From positions 1 to 64,000 of IMG/VR virus record IMGVR_UViG_3300025151_000022: a stretch of 64,000 bases of DNA; one strand, written 5' to 3'. The position numbers were made by a program, and so were the translations under genes. The notes under the pieces are model-generated. The model searched no databases, was not told the DNA's origin, and was given only the letters and a program-made list of their open reading frames with translations. The number at the start of each line of letters is the position of its first letter. Position 1 is the first letter of the stretch. Below are positions 49,157-58,645 of the stretch, one piece after another. The stretch comes from a virus.

Positions 49157-52100
49157 GAGAAGTTTTGACCTCCGATGACTCCATAGAGAACTCTTTGAGT
49201 TTCTAATGTTTGACCATTAAGAATCTTGAATGAGTAGATGTCAACGGCATTAGCAGCATTCGTTACGATTGGAACAACTCCTCCTGGCCACTTAACATCA
49301 ACAACAGCACCATTACTTTGCATCTTAAATGAATCAATAGCAATATTCTTCGGAGGATTTGTATTTGTCACAACTAAAGTGAACGTACTACTACCATGCG
49401 GCGGATTTGCAACAATAAAGTCAGTAATATTTCCTGCACCACCTCCAACATAGAAAGTTTGTGCCAAACTAAGGTCGAGAGTGACTTCACCAGAAACTGA
49501 ATTAACTGTTCTAGAGTCCTCGGACTGAGTTCTAATTCTTGCATGACCAAGAATGTCAACATCTGCTCTTGGTGCCGTTGTGCCGATTCCTAGATGTCCA
49601 TCCGACTTAACAACTAAAAGATCACTTCCACTACCAACTTGGAAAGATGCCAACTCTGTAGGAGTTTGAGTTCCAACAGAAATTTGTGAAGCACGAATCA
49701 ATCCTGAAGTAACATTGTCAATCGTATAGGTTCCTACAGCAGTCAATGCTCCACCAACTGCTACTGCATTAGCAGTAAGAGTATCGGTAAATTCAGATTT
49801 GCCATTTACTTGGAAGGTCTTCGTAGTTTGTCCAACATGACCAACTTCTAAGACAAATCTTGGTGTTGTGGTACCAATTCCAACATTTTTACTTAAATCA
49901 CTATTATAGAGAGCATCAGTAGCATTGTCCCATCCAGTTGCTGCAGCATTTAAATTTGTCAAATACTGACCAGAACCAACAAATTCAGATGCAGTAATTA
50001 TTCCAGAAATATTAGCATTACCAATTACATTCAGAGAATAACCAGAAGCAGTAGTTCCAATTCCAACACCATCTTCATTAACAGTGAATATGTCAGAACC
50101 AACTCTTAAGAGAGAATTTAAAACACTAGTTGCTCCGATTCCCAATTTATCAAGAGTGCTAATATCAAGGTCTTTGGAAAGACTTACATTGCCAAATCTT
50201 CTCCAATCATTTGCTTGTGTGTAAATCCATCCAACATATCCACCCTCATCTGGATTTGCATAGTAAACAACATCACCTGGGTTTCCAGAAAGAACTGGAG
50301 TGGAAATTCCTACAGTTTGCTTTCTAGAAACCGTGGCATCACCCTGAAGGAATAATGAATTTGCTTCAATACCTTTAGGAGAGTTTGAAGTAATCTTATT
50401 ATTAACAATCAGAGGACCATTAAATTCAGATGCAACCTTGTTGTCTGCACCACCCTCAACACGAATTGATCTACTAAAAGATCCTTCAACAGGGCTAATT
50501 ACATTAAGTGCAGGTACGTTTGAAATATCTTCACCAGTGATTGTTTTAATAGGAGTGTCAAAGATTTCTTCACTTCCAGTAATTGTGCTTAATTTTTTAT
50601 TACCAGAGTAGGAAATACCCTTATCATTCATTCCGGTGTAGAAATTGATTCCACCTTCTCTCTTAGTTGATTGTGCTAAGAGTTCTTCATCTGCACTGAT
50701 TTGTCTATCTTGCTTATCTGGTAATGCAGTTGAGTAATTACCAGGACCGAATCCAACATATTCAAAAGTATGACCAGAAGCACGAATAATCGAGTGTCTT
50801 CTAAATTCAACGGGATTTATAAAAATCTTTCTGACAACTGAATTTGCGGCATGTGCCTTTCTTCTTGTTCCCAGAACACCACGGAAAACAGTTAAAGGAT
50901 TCAATCCCGTAACAGTTGTTTTAATCCTTACAATTTCATCTTCAATCGCAAGATAATCTCCAATATTAACATCGAGTTGTGCTATTCCAGATAGAGAAAT
51001 ATTTTCGTCTGATGGACTTGAAATTGTTGCAGAAAGCGTAGTTGTTATACCTGCATAATTTGCAACCATTCTTCCATTGAGATTTTCATTATCAACTGTG
51101 ATAATGCCATCATTGGACGAAACACCTTCTCTGTAAGCAAAGATTGTGCCAGTTGCGGATGGAGATGCAGTTCCTACACCAATTCTAACTGAGAATGAAT
51201 AAGTAGGAAGTGATAAATCGTCAAGAATTTCTGTAACAATAAAATCACCATTATATTGAGATTGATTTGCTCCAGTTAATTTAACTTTTTGGTCAACAGC
51301 AAGTCCATGTGCATTTGAAGAAGTTACAGTTGCAATACCAGAAGTATGATCATAAGTTAAACCAGAAACTCTTATTGATTCTCCCGTTAAGTATCCATAT
51401 GCCTCAGCACATGCTGTAACACCGAGACCCAAGACAGATCTGTTTACATTATTATTAACAGATACTGCATTAAAAGTTTTATCTGATGTAACACTAGTGA
51501 TTCTGTAAAGATCATTGAATTTTGAATATCCTTCAGATGAAATACCAATTACTTTAACAGTATCTCCAACATTACTGTAAACTGAATCAACACGAACTAC
51601 TGCTTCAGAGAAACCTGTTGTTTGAGCAACTCCAGCAACAGTTAAAGTATTACCAACACCATATGCACTACCACCATCCATCAATTTAACAGCAGTAATT
51701 GTACCACTACCATTTACAGTAATTTTAGCAGTAGCATGTTTACCATCACTAGCACCACCAACTAATCTTGCATTGTAAATATTTGCTGGTGCTCCAGAAC
51801 CGTATCCAGAACCAGCATTAACAATACTCAAGCTAGTAGCTCTATTAAAACCATGATCTACTTGAGTGTAAATTGTATGAGCAGTTCCTGACTGAGAAGC
51901 AAGATCAGTTATACCAAAACCAATATTAACGTCACGAACAAATTTATTTGTAGTTTCTTTGGTTACACTCTTCTTGGGATCATTTACAACAACTTCACCA
52001 ATCAATCCAGAAGATGCAAAACATTTGGATTCGTCTGGATCTGCATTTGGAGTATCTCTGTCAGTTTGTGGGAAAAGATTCTTAACTGGTTGAGAGAATT

Positions 52101-55038
52101 TTTCTTCAGTAAATGGTGTTACGGTTGGAGAATTGGATGCATTAAGAACGGTCAGATAGTATACACCATCTTGCTCTCCAGCAATGTATTGCTGAGACTC
52201 ACTAATTCTGTAAGTATAGAATGTATTATCAAATTTCTTTCTCTTAAAGTGAGGAAGATCTACAGTTCTTAACGTAGTATCAGTATCAAATGAACCAGGA
52301 TTTGTTGCAAGACCAACAGTAAATTGCTTTGCACTATTAATTCCTGTTACAGAATAATTTCTATTAAATCCAGAATTTCCAAGACCAGTTGGATTTAGAG
52401 TACTCTTGACATTGATAATTTCAACTTCAGAACCAATTGAGAGTTTGTGTGGAAGTTCTGTATCAATTCTTGCTTCAAGGTTTGACCAATTAGCACCTGC
52501 AATAAACTTAAAGTTTCTTTGCTGGTTTACATTCGTAATAGATCCAGTTCCAAAGTATGTTTGAATCTCCGCATCAGTTGATCCAATTGATGTATTAGAT
52601 TCTTGTAAAATAAATCCATCTGTAGGTGGTCTTGAAACATCTGCTGTTGATGGAATTACATATCTTAGTTTGTATAGAATATCTTCTGCGTTTCTATTAT
52701 CAGTTTTTCTAGATATGAATGTTCTTGGGGTTGCTGATCCAAGATTTGCCACTCCAAGTCCGACTACTGTAGAATAAATCGTATTTTCAGTTGAAGCAGT
52801 TGAAACCTTTACATACCACTGATTGTTTGTAGTATCAAACTGGATGGGGTGTCCAATATCACCGGAGTTTTTATCAGAAACTCTACTTACAACACGTAAA
52901 TTACCACCCTTTTCATTAATTACGACATTATCCGCATTAATCGCATCGTTGAACGTTTTAGCAATTTTAATATTTCTATTGGTGGTCAGTCCACTCAGAA
53001 CATTAGTATCAGTAATTGCATAGTAAACAGTATTTGGACTTAATCCATCTGGAAGTTGACCATCATCACTAATAACACGAATAGATTCTCCATTTGCAAA
53101 AGTATGGGCATCTTTTAATGTAATTACATTATCAAATCCATCTTTACTGTATCTTCCAATACTATTAATTCCAGATACATTTCTTTCAACACTAAAAGTC
53201 TTCTCAGAACTTGTCTGAGATCCAGACATTACAACTCTTGCTTGGTATTCATCGGAACCAATGAGAAGTTTTACTTGATCATTTTCTCTAGCACCAACTC
53301 TGTATCCCTCAAGAACATTCTCTGGTGGAACGTCTTGGTTAGTTTGATCATATAAGAATAATTGTCCTGTAGAACCAACACCAACTGTCTTAGATACATC
53401 AATTGCCTCAAACTCAAGAGAACTTTCGGTCAGAGGAATTTCTTTTGGCGGAATGACGTGAGTAATATATCCGATGTCATCTTGAGAAAATGCATCTGCC
53501 TTAAATCCTTCCGCAACCAGTGCTTTAGCACCAAAGTTGGAGTTAGAGTTGGTGATAGAAATGTCACCACCAGATTCAGTTACAAAGTGCTCTGCAAATC
53601 CAATAGCGAAAACAGAAACTGCCTGAATAATTGAATTATTTGTAACCTTAATATGGAAGTTCTTATACCTTGGTTTATATCTTGCTCTGGAATTATTACT
53701 TATTGTTTCATTACCAGCAATGGTATTGTCATCATAATTACCTGTTGGTGGAGAATCTTGGTTAAAGACAACAAATGCCTTATCATCCTTTTGAAGACCA
53801 ATACCCGTGAACTGTGCCACGACCATTGACTTGAATCCAGTAACCTTATCTCCATCAGCAAGCATTCCGCACATACCAAAAACGGATCTCAGAGAGATGT
53901 TGAAGATATATGGTGATGCTGATGTTACTGTATCAGACTGTAATGATAAAGATGCACCAGCAGTAGCAGGAAGTGCAATTGCTGGAGGATTTTGAACTTT
54001 ATATTGAATTTGAGTGGAAGATAATTTCTGATTTACGACAAATTGACCATTATATCCACCAGCAACAACACCTTCAACTCTAAAGGGAGTATCAACATCT
54101 AAACCATTTACATCAATATTCGTAGTTACTGTAATTGTATTGCTTGGAGTGATTCCATCACCAGACCTAATACTAGTAATACCTACAGAAAGACCTGATG
54201 ATCCAACAATTCTCGTTTCATCAATTTTTGGTTGAATGTCGAGAGTATTAGTTGGGAAGTCGGGTTCAATAGGTCTTCCAGAGGACTGACCATAAACAAG
54301 TCCGACCTTAGCATAATACATTTCGAGATCTGTTAGATCTGATTCAAAATTAAGAAACTCATCTCTGATAAAAGTACGATTTTTTCCATCTGCATATTCA
54401 AAACATGCAAGTTTATGGTGAGAGAAGTTTGGAACTGCAGTATTAGCAGTGTAATCTCTATAAACAACTCCGTTTGGATCACCATCAAACATACTGAATT
54501 GCCAGAGATAACAAGCTCCAGTTACTCTGAACAAACAAGATCTTTCAATAGCATCATTCTCTGGATTTGGAACATACTTAGGACGAACCTTGGTCTTACG
54601 AAGATCTAATCCAACAATTGATGTACCTCTAGGGATGATTACACCACCATAGATACTGTTTACTTTATATAATTCATTATCTGGAGAACTCAGATCAAAA
54701 TTTGATGCAAGATCATATGGAGGAAGATCATTAGTCGTGCCACCATTTCTTAACTTATATTGATTAGTTCCATCAATAATAAATCCAGGTCTATTATCAA
54801 CGATATGATCACCTGGATATAGTAAAATAGTTGTATTTCCAAATCTGTCATTATCAAGACCTCTTTGATATGAGAATCTTGCTGCTTCAATTAAAGCACG
54901 TTGGATTGTTTTAAATGGACGTGTTAAAGAATTGCCCTGATTTTCTATACTATCTGTAGCATCCAAACTATTTGGATCGACATAAAGAATAGTACCACGC
55001 GAAGACTTCAGAAAATTATCTAATCTGGAAAGACCCAT
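49153..55038 (-). CDS. Large tail fibre / baseplate-associated protein (1961 aa)
   Basis: MGLSRLDNFLK...RPFKTIQRAL N-terminus, beta-helix region, HGLxxG domains, GIGTT repeats. Confidence 0.85.
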   Translation of the reverse strand: MGLSRLDNFLKSSRGTILYVDPNSLDATDSIENQGNSLTRPFKTIQRALIEAARFSYQRGLDNDRFGNTTILLYPGDHIVDNRPGFIIDGTNQYKLRNGGTTNDLPPYDLASNFDLSSPDNELYKVNSIYGGVIIPRGTSIVGLDLRKTKVRPKYVPNPENDAIERSCLFRVTGACYLWQFSMFDGDPNGVVYRDYTANTAVPNFSHHKLACFEYADGKNRTFIRDEFLNFESDLTDLEMYYAKVGLVYGQSSGRPIEPDFPTNTLDIQPKIDETRIVGSSGLSVGITSIRSGDGITPSNTITVTTNIDVNGLDVDTPFRVEGVVAGGYNGQFVVNQKLSSTQIQYKVQNPPAIALPATAGASLSLQSDTVTSASPYIFNISLRSVFGMCGMLADGDKVTGFKSMVVAQFTGIGLQKDDKAFVVFNQDSPPTGNYDDNTIAGNETISNNSRARYKPRYKNFHIKVTNNSIIQAVSVFAIGFAEHFVTESGGDISITNSNSNFGAKALVAEGFKADAFSQDDIGYITHVIPPKEIPLTESSLEFEAIDVSKTVGVGSTGQLFLYDQTNQDVPPENVLEGYRVGARENDQVKLLIGSDEYQARVVMSGSQTSSEKTFSVERNVSGINSIGRYSKDGFDNVITLKDAHTFANGESIRVISDDGQLPDGLSPNTVYYAITDTNVLSGLTTNRNIKIAKTFNDAINADNVVINEKGGNLRVVSRVSDKNSGDIGHPIQFDTTNNQWYVKVSTASTENTIYSTVVGLGVANLGSATPRTFISRKTDNRNAEDILYKLRYVIPSTADVSRPPTDGFILQESNTSIGSTDAEIQTYFGTGSITNVNQQRNFKFIAGANWSNLEARIDTELPHKLSIGSEVEIINVKSTLNPTGLGNSGFNRNYSVTGINSAKQFTVGLATNPGSFDTDTTLRTVDLPHFKRKKFDNTFYTYRISESQQYIAGEQDGVYYLTVLNASNSPTVTPFTEEKFSQPVKNLFPQTDRDTPNADPDESKCFASSGLIGEVVVNDPKKSVTKETTNKFVRDVNIGFGITDLASQSGTAHTIYTQVDHGFNRATSLSIVNAGSGYGSGAPANIYNARLVGGASDGKHATAKITVNGSGTITAVKLMDGGSAYGVGNTLTVAGVAQTTGFSEAVVRVDSVYSNVGDTVKVIGISSEGYSKFNDLYRITSVTSDKTFNAVSVNNNVNRSVLGLGVTACAEAYGYLTGESIRVSGLTYDHTSGIATVTSSNAHGLAVDQKVKLTGANQSQYNGDFIVTEILDDLSLPTYSFSVRIGVGTASPSATGTIFAYREGVSSNDGIITVDNENLNGRMVANYAGITTTLSATISSPSDENISLSGIAQLDVNIGDYLAIEDEIVRIKTTVTGLNPLTVFRGVLGTRRKAHAANSVVRKIFINPVEFRRHSIIRASGHTFEYVGFGPGNYSTALPDKQDRQISADEELLAQSTKREGGINFYTGMNDKGISYSGNKKLSTITGSEEIFDTPIKTITGEDISNVPALNVISPVEGSFSRSIRVEGGADNKVASEFNGPLIVNNKITSNSPKGIEANSLFLQGDATVSRKQTVGISTPVLSGNPGDVVYYANPDEGGYVGWIYTQANDWRRFGNVSLSKDLDISTLDKLGIGATSVLNSLLRVGSDIFTVNEDGVGIGTTASGYSLNVIGNANISGIITASEFVGSGQYLTNLNAAATGWDNATDALYNSDLSKNVGIGTTTPRFVLEVGHVGQTTKTFQVNGKSEFTDTLTANAVAVGGALTAVGTYTIDNVTSGLIRASQISVGTQTPTELASFQVGSGSDLLVVKSDGHLGIGTTAPRADVDILGHARIRTQSEDSRTVNSVSGEVTLDLSLAQTFYVGGGAGNITDFIVANPPHGSSTFTLVVTNTNPPKNIAIDSFKMQSNGAVVDVKWPGGVVPIVTNAANAVDIYSFKILNGQTLETQRVLYGVIGGQNFS

Positions 55039-55079
55039 CTTATTAGTGCTTATAGTTCCGTTATGGATTATTTAGTAAT

Positions 55080-55107
55080 AAAAAAGCATCCAGTTTCCTG
55101 AATGCTT
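55080..55107 (-). terminator. Intrinsic terminator
   Basis: AAGCATTCAG-GAAA-CTGGATGCTT followed by a T run; GNRA loop. Confidence 0.85.
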
Positions 55108-55143
55108 ATATGCACATTAAGTACGTCTTCCTTCACACGGAAC

Positions 55144-55758
55144 TTAAATTGTACCATATTTTTCTTCGTTCCACAAGATATTTAATGACTTATCAAATAC
55201 CATCATATATCTATGTTTTCTAGTTCTATTCTTCCATTTCCCCTCGATTCCTTTTATACTTCCTCTAGAATGTTTGGTTCCGTCACTATAATAAAAGTCT
55301 TTTTTAGGATCAGTCAAACCATAGTATTTAAAATTACAAGCCCGATAAATTATTCCATCATGATGAGAAGAATCAGCGTAACTAAGAAGCGATCGAACAT
55401 TTGCATCTTTACGTAACCTCTTTATACAACGACTGACGAACCAAGAGGTAATATTATACTCTTCTTTTTGGAGTTCTGGATCAACACATAATCTGGATAA
55501 TTCAAATAATCCATCTTGTTCGTCTCTTTCTAGTCCGAATGCTCCCTTAGCGATTTCAGGAACAGGGAGCCCAGTAAAAATACATACGGCAAGGCACCCA
55601 CCAATATTAAGAGGGCAGTCCCAGTCGGTGTGTCTAAAAAGTCCATAGTTATAACCTGACTTAAAATCTTTTGATTCATCTTTCAGGTAGTGATGTTTAT
55701 AGAGTAAGGGTTTACAACTATCTTTATCTACTCTATCAATATAAAAATCTGATTTCAC
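55144..55758 (-). CDS. Mom-like (GNAT-fold) DNA modification enzyme
   Basis: HHYL, FELSRLC, SWFVSRCIK, SYAD...H.GIIYRACNF motifs of the Mu Mom-like family. Confidence 0.75.
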   Translation of the reverse strand: MKSDFYIDRVDKDSCKPLLYKHHYLKDESKDFKSGYNYGLFRHTDWDCPLNIGGCLAVCIFTGLPVPEIAKGAFGLERDEQDGLFELSRLCVDPELQKEEYNITSWFVSRCIKRLRKDANVRSLLSYADSSHHDGIIYRACNFKYYGLTDPKKDFYYSDGTKHSRGSIKGIEGKWKNRTRKHRYMMVFDKSLNILWNEEKYGTI

Positions 55759-55952
55759 TGATCACATTCTGGAATTTTGATGTCCATATTGACATCTTTT
55801 TCATTCATTAAATATTCTACGGTGGTTGCGATATCATTCATTGCATCTCTGATATTTTCTTGTGTTCCAGAGTGCTGATCTAAATTTTTGGGATTGGAGA
55901 GAGTCCATCTCCATTGTTTCATCGCGCTATTGTGCCAAAGATTTATAACCAT
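55755..55952 (-). CDS. Hypothetical phage protein (QWRWTL...AMNDIATTVEY)
   Basis: ORF track; AGGAG RBS. Confidence 0.75.
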   Translation of the reverse strand: MVINLWHNSAMKQWRWTLSNPKNLDQHSGTQENIRDAMNDIATTVEYLMNEKDVNMDIKIPECDQ

Positions 55953-55968
55953 TTTTTTCTCCTTAATA

Positions 55969-56042
55969 AGCCAACTAACGGACTTGAACCGTTGACCTGA
56001 GCTTTACAAAAACCCTGCTCTATCCAGCTGAGCTAAGTTGGC
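55969..56042 (-). tRNA. trnT: tRNA-Thr(UGU)
   Basis: GCCAACT/AGTTGGC acceptor stem, TAGCTCAG D-arm, TTTGTAA anticodon loop, GTTCAA T-loop; CCA not encoded. Confidence 0.93.
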
Positions 56043-56044
56043 GA

Positions 56045-56320
56045 TCAATCTACAGGTAGTAGTTCTGGGTTTTCTAACTCCAAATCAAACATTAATGGAT
56101 GACACTCTTCTGCCATGAGATACATGGAAGAACGATATAGTTCTTCTGGTTCCCACCTTTTCTCTTGGTCAGCAAGTGTTACTACTTCTGGATGTGACTT
56201 GGCAATCTCTGGAAGTTCATCAAATGTAAAAGGTACATTTTGAATGAAATATAACAGTATTAATGTACTTCCTTCGTGATGATCATACCAAGCATATTTT
56301 GTGTCTATGTGGTATTTCAT
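56045..56320 (-). CDS. Hypothetical phage protein (MKYHIDTKYAWY...PFTFDELP...EECHP)
   Basis: Start reassigned to the ATG at 56320 because the longer ORF overlaps tRNA-Leu. Confidence 0.75.
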   Translation of the reverse strand: MKYHIDTKYAWYDHHEGSTLILLYFIQNVPFTFDELPEIAKSHPEVVTLADQEKRWEPEELYRSSMYLMAEECHPLMFDLELENPELLPVD

Positions 56321-56355
56321 GGGACTAAGTTTACCCTGAAAATATTTAGGGTAAA

Positions 56356-56440
56356 TGCGAGTGGCGAGACTTGAACTCGCACGACTGTAATAGTCAACAG
56401 ATTTTAAGTCTGGTGTGTCTACCGATTCCACCACACTCGC
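56356..56440 (-). tRNA. trnL: tRNA-Leu(UAA)
   Basis: GCGAGTG/CACTCGC acceptor stem, CTTAAAA anticodon loop, long variable arm, GTTCAA T-loop; no intron, CCA not encoded. Confidence 0.95.
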
Positions 56441-56452
56441 GCAAAAAGGAGA

Positions 56453-56626
56453 TTACTCTCCGATATAATTACCTAGTCTATCGTAGATAGGAGGATGAAA
56501 AGCACAGTATTCGTTAAATGTAATCTTCATTTCCTTATTAGTAAGATTAGCATTTTTTGCTGCTTTTGGCAAGTTCCATTTTGCCGCAAATAACATTTCC
56601 ATGGATCGACGTGTTTCTGGTCTCAT
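56453..56626 (-). CDS. Small hypothetical protein, 57 aa (MRPETRRSMEMLFAAKWNLPKAA...)
   Basis: Manual translation; HTH-like spacing; below the ORF-track cutoff. Confidence 0.65.
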   Translation of the reverse strand: MRPETRRSMEMLFAAKWNLPKAAKNANLTNKEMKITFNEYCAFHPPIYDRLGNYIGE

Positions 56627-56736
56627 ACTCATAGCACTTAAGAATTTCTTTGTATAGAGAAGGTTTGTGGTGAATCATTGTTGAAAACCCTACAGGTGAA
56701 AATTTTTGCCGGGATTTTTTTCGACCAAAAATGGAA

Positions 56737-56943
56737 TCAAAGGTCGATTTTGGTTAGGGGGTCAGAATACTTAAGGATATCATCACCCAAAAGATTGCGA
56801 CATAACTCAAGCACTGCCATGAATTGATCCACGGTTTCGCATTCTACTACACGCTCTTCTCCCTCACTAGAATAGAGAAAGAATTTGCGGGACACGGGAT
56901 CAACAACACACCTAGTTAGAAACTCGTCTTGCATAGGATTCAT
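56737..56943 (-). CDS. Hypothetical phage protein (CVVDP..RKFFLYSSEG...QFM)
   Basis: ORF track; consensus promoter upstream. Confidence 0.75.
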   Translation of the reverse strand: MNPMQDEFLTRCVVDPVSRKFFLYSSEGEERVVECETVDQFMAVLELCRNLLGDDILKYSDPLTKIDL

Positions 56944-56957
56944 CTGTTTACCTGCTT

Positions 56958-56986
56958 ATTATAGGACTATCCAAATCCCTTGTCAA
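56958..56986 (-). promoter_or_regulatory. Perfect sigma70 promoter upstream of the tRNA region
   Basis: TTGACA-N17-TATAAT. Confidence 0.88.
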
Positions 56987-57602
56987 GCTTAGAACCCATC
57001 TTACTGACATTGAAAGAATCTGATCCATAATGATATGAAGAATCAAACTGAAAGACCTGAGAACTTGGCATGAAATTCATCGCTAAAGAATGCCTAGAGT
57101 ATGGTGTGTTATTAAATTCACTGGCATGTCTCACACTTGACGGAAAAATAATCATGTGTCCTTTCTTAGCGTTGATTGGAACCCCTCCATGCATCCTTAA
57201 ATCTAGTTTTGTCGTAGTAAATGGAACTTCAATACCTGTATTACCTTTTAAAAGAATAAGTGGAGAAGCGTCATGTAAATAAAAAACTGCACTCCAAAAA
57301 CTATTATTATGATTGTGCTCTTCCACTCTTCTCCCTGGTTCTGTGTTAGTGAACCAACTTGTAGTCATTTCCATAGACACACAATATTTAATGTCATCTA
57401 GTACAAAATTAATAATTTTTTCAAATTTTTTTGTCAGTTGTTTATATTTTTTCAAAACTAAAAATCCATCAGAAACTCCTGGATTGTTTTTCATCCAAGG
57501 AGTTTTCTTAATAACTTCAGTAACCTCAGGCAATAACTCAGAACAGTCAACATTCCAAACTAAGGTTGGAAATAATTTATATTCTTCTTCAATAGTTGCC
57601 AT
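56967..57602 (-). CDS. 2OG-Fe(II) oxygenase (HxH type, TIGR02466-like)
   Basis: LFPT, SWFT, EHNHNNSFWSAVFY, IIFPS.VRH, RHSLAMN. Confidence 0.85.
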   Translation of the reverse strand: MATIEEEYKLFPTLVWNVDCSELLPEVTEVIKKTPWMKNNPGVSDGFLVLKKYKQLTKKFEKIINFVLDDIKYCVSMEMTTSWFTNTEPGRRVEEHNHNNSFWSAVFYLHDASPLILLKGNTGIEVPFTTTKLDLRMHGGVPINAKKGHMIIFPSSVRHASEFNNTPYSRHSLAMNFMPSSQVFQFDSSYHYGSDSFNVSKMGSKLDKGFG

Positions 57603-57627
57603 TTATGTACCACCTTATACTTTTACA

Positions 57628-57656
57628 AGAATAATTGAAACCACTTCACTTGTCAA
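57628..57656 (-). promoter_or_regulatory. sigma70-type promoter
   Basis: TTGACA-N17-TATTCT. Confidence 0.7.
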
Positions 57657-58645
57657 GAGTTATAGTCTTGAATTATTTGTCGGTTTTGATTCAGACCATC
57701 GAGACCATCTTGGAAATTTGTAATTTGATTATTTCCTGCTTGTCCTTTTTTCTCAAACCATAAATTAACATTAGATCTTGATTTCAATGCTCTCATTTTA
57801 TTTGTTCCATTAGTAGAATCAGTATAAAGATTATTAATTTCTGTTCTTAAACTTTCAATATCAGAAACAAGATTTGTAATTGATGTAGCAGCTCCTGAAT
57901 TAACAGAACTTAAATTTGAAAAGAAATAATAGTATCCAAGACTTGATCCTGATGTGACCAAATTAAGATAATCTGTATTTCCTGCAGCGTCTCCAAATTC
58001 ATATGCTGAAACACCTATCCCAAGATTTGAACTTGTAACCTTTACATATGACTCACCTTCTTTATAAAATGCTTCTCCTACAGAAAGACTTTCTACATTT
58101 GGATAATGCCACGCCGCAATAATATCTGGATAAATTTCTGCTCTAACGCCGACTAAACAGCAGTTGGATCCAGAGATGCATGTAGGATCTGTAGCACCAG
58201 TGGATACACAACCATCAGGATAAATGAATGTTGAAATACCTGCCATGTAAGTAACTTTTTCGCCTGTACTATCACTTACACTACCAGTACTTGAAACTAA
58301 TCTTTCATTTGCAGAAGGATAATTTACTCCAGTATTATTAATACTCGTAAATACTGTGCTCATAATATCGACAATTTCTTGCTTTTTCCTATTCAAAATA
58401 GTGAGCTTGCCTAAAGCATGAGAATCCGTTGCCGAAAGTGCAACTCGATAATTATTAGTTTCTTCCTGATCTTCTGCCTCATAATCTGCAGATGTTTTTT
58501 GTGGGGCAGACGCATTTCCTGGAGAAATAACACCAGAACTTCCAGCGACACCTTGAAATTCATTATCATCATGTATATCTTTATATAAAGTTCTCGCTGC
58601 TCTGCCGCCTACAGTAGTTGGTTTAAATGGATTTGAAAATGTCAT
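57653..58645 (-). CDS. Hypothetical virion protein with coiled-coil ends
   Basis: ORF track; coupled to the upstream baseplate-like genes. Confidence 0.7.
   Translation of the reverse strand: MTFSNPFKPTTVGGRAARTLYKDIHDDNEFQGVAGSSGVISPGNASAPQKTSADYEAEDQEETNNYRVALSATDSHALGKLTILNRKKQEIVDIMSTVFTSINNTGVNYPSANERLVSSTGSVSDSTGEKVTYMAGISTFIYPDGCVSTGATDPTCISGSNCCLVGVRAEIYPDIIAAWHYPNVESLSVGEAFYKEGESYVKVTSSNLGIGVSAYEFGDAAGNTDYLNLVTSGSSLGYYYFFSNLSSVNSGAATSITNLVSDIESLRTEINNLYTDSTNGTNKMRALKSRSNVNLWFEKKGQAGNNQITNFQDGLDGLNQNRQIIQDYNS

Noticed and set aside
12027-55038. Introns, inteins, homing endonucleases or programmed frameshifts in the large structural genes
   Set aside because: Frames are continuous, and no LAGLIDADG/HNH/GIY-YIG or intein terminal motifs were noticed by eye
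56321-56434. N-terminal extension of ORF 56045-56434
   Set aside because: It overlaps tRNA-Leu; the ATG at 56320 is the plausible start
56550-56678. Alternative-frame ORF MIHHKPSLYKEILKCYEYE...
   Set aside because: Largely overlaps the better-supported 56453-56626 ORF; cannot be supported without homology data
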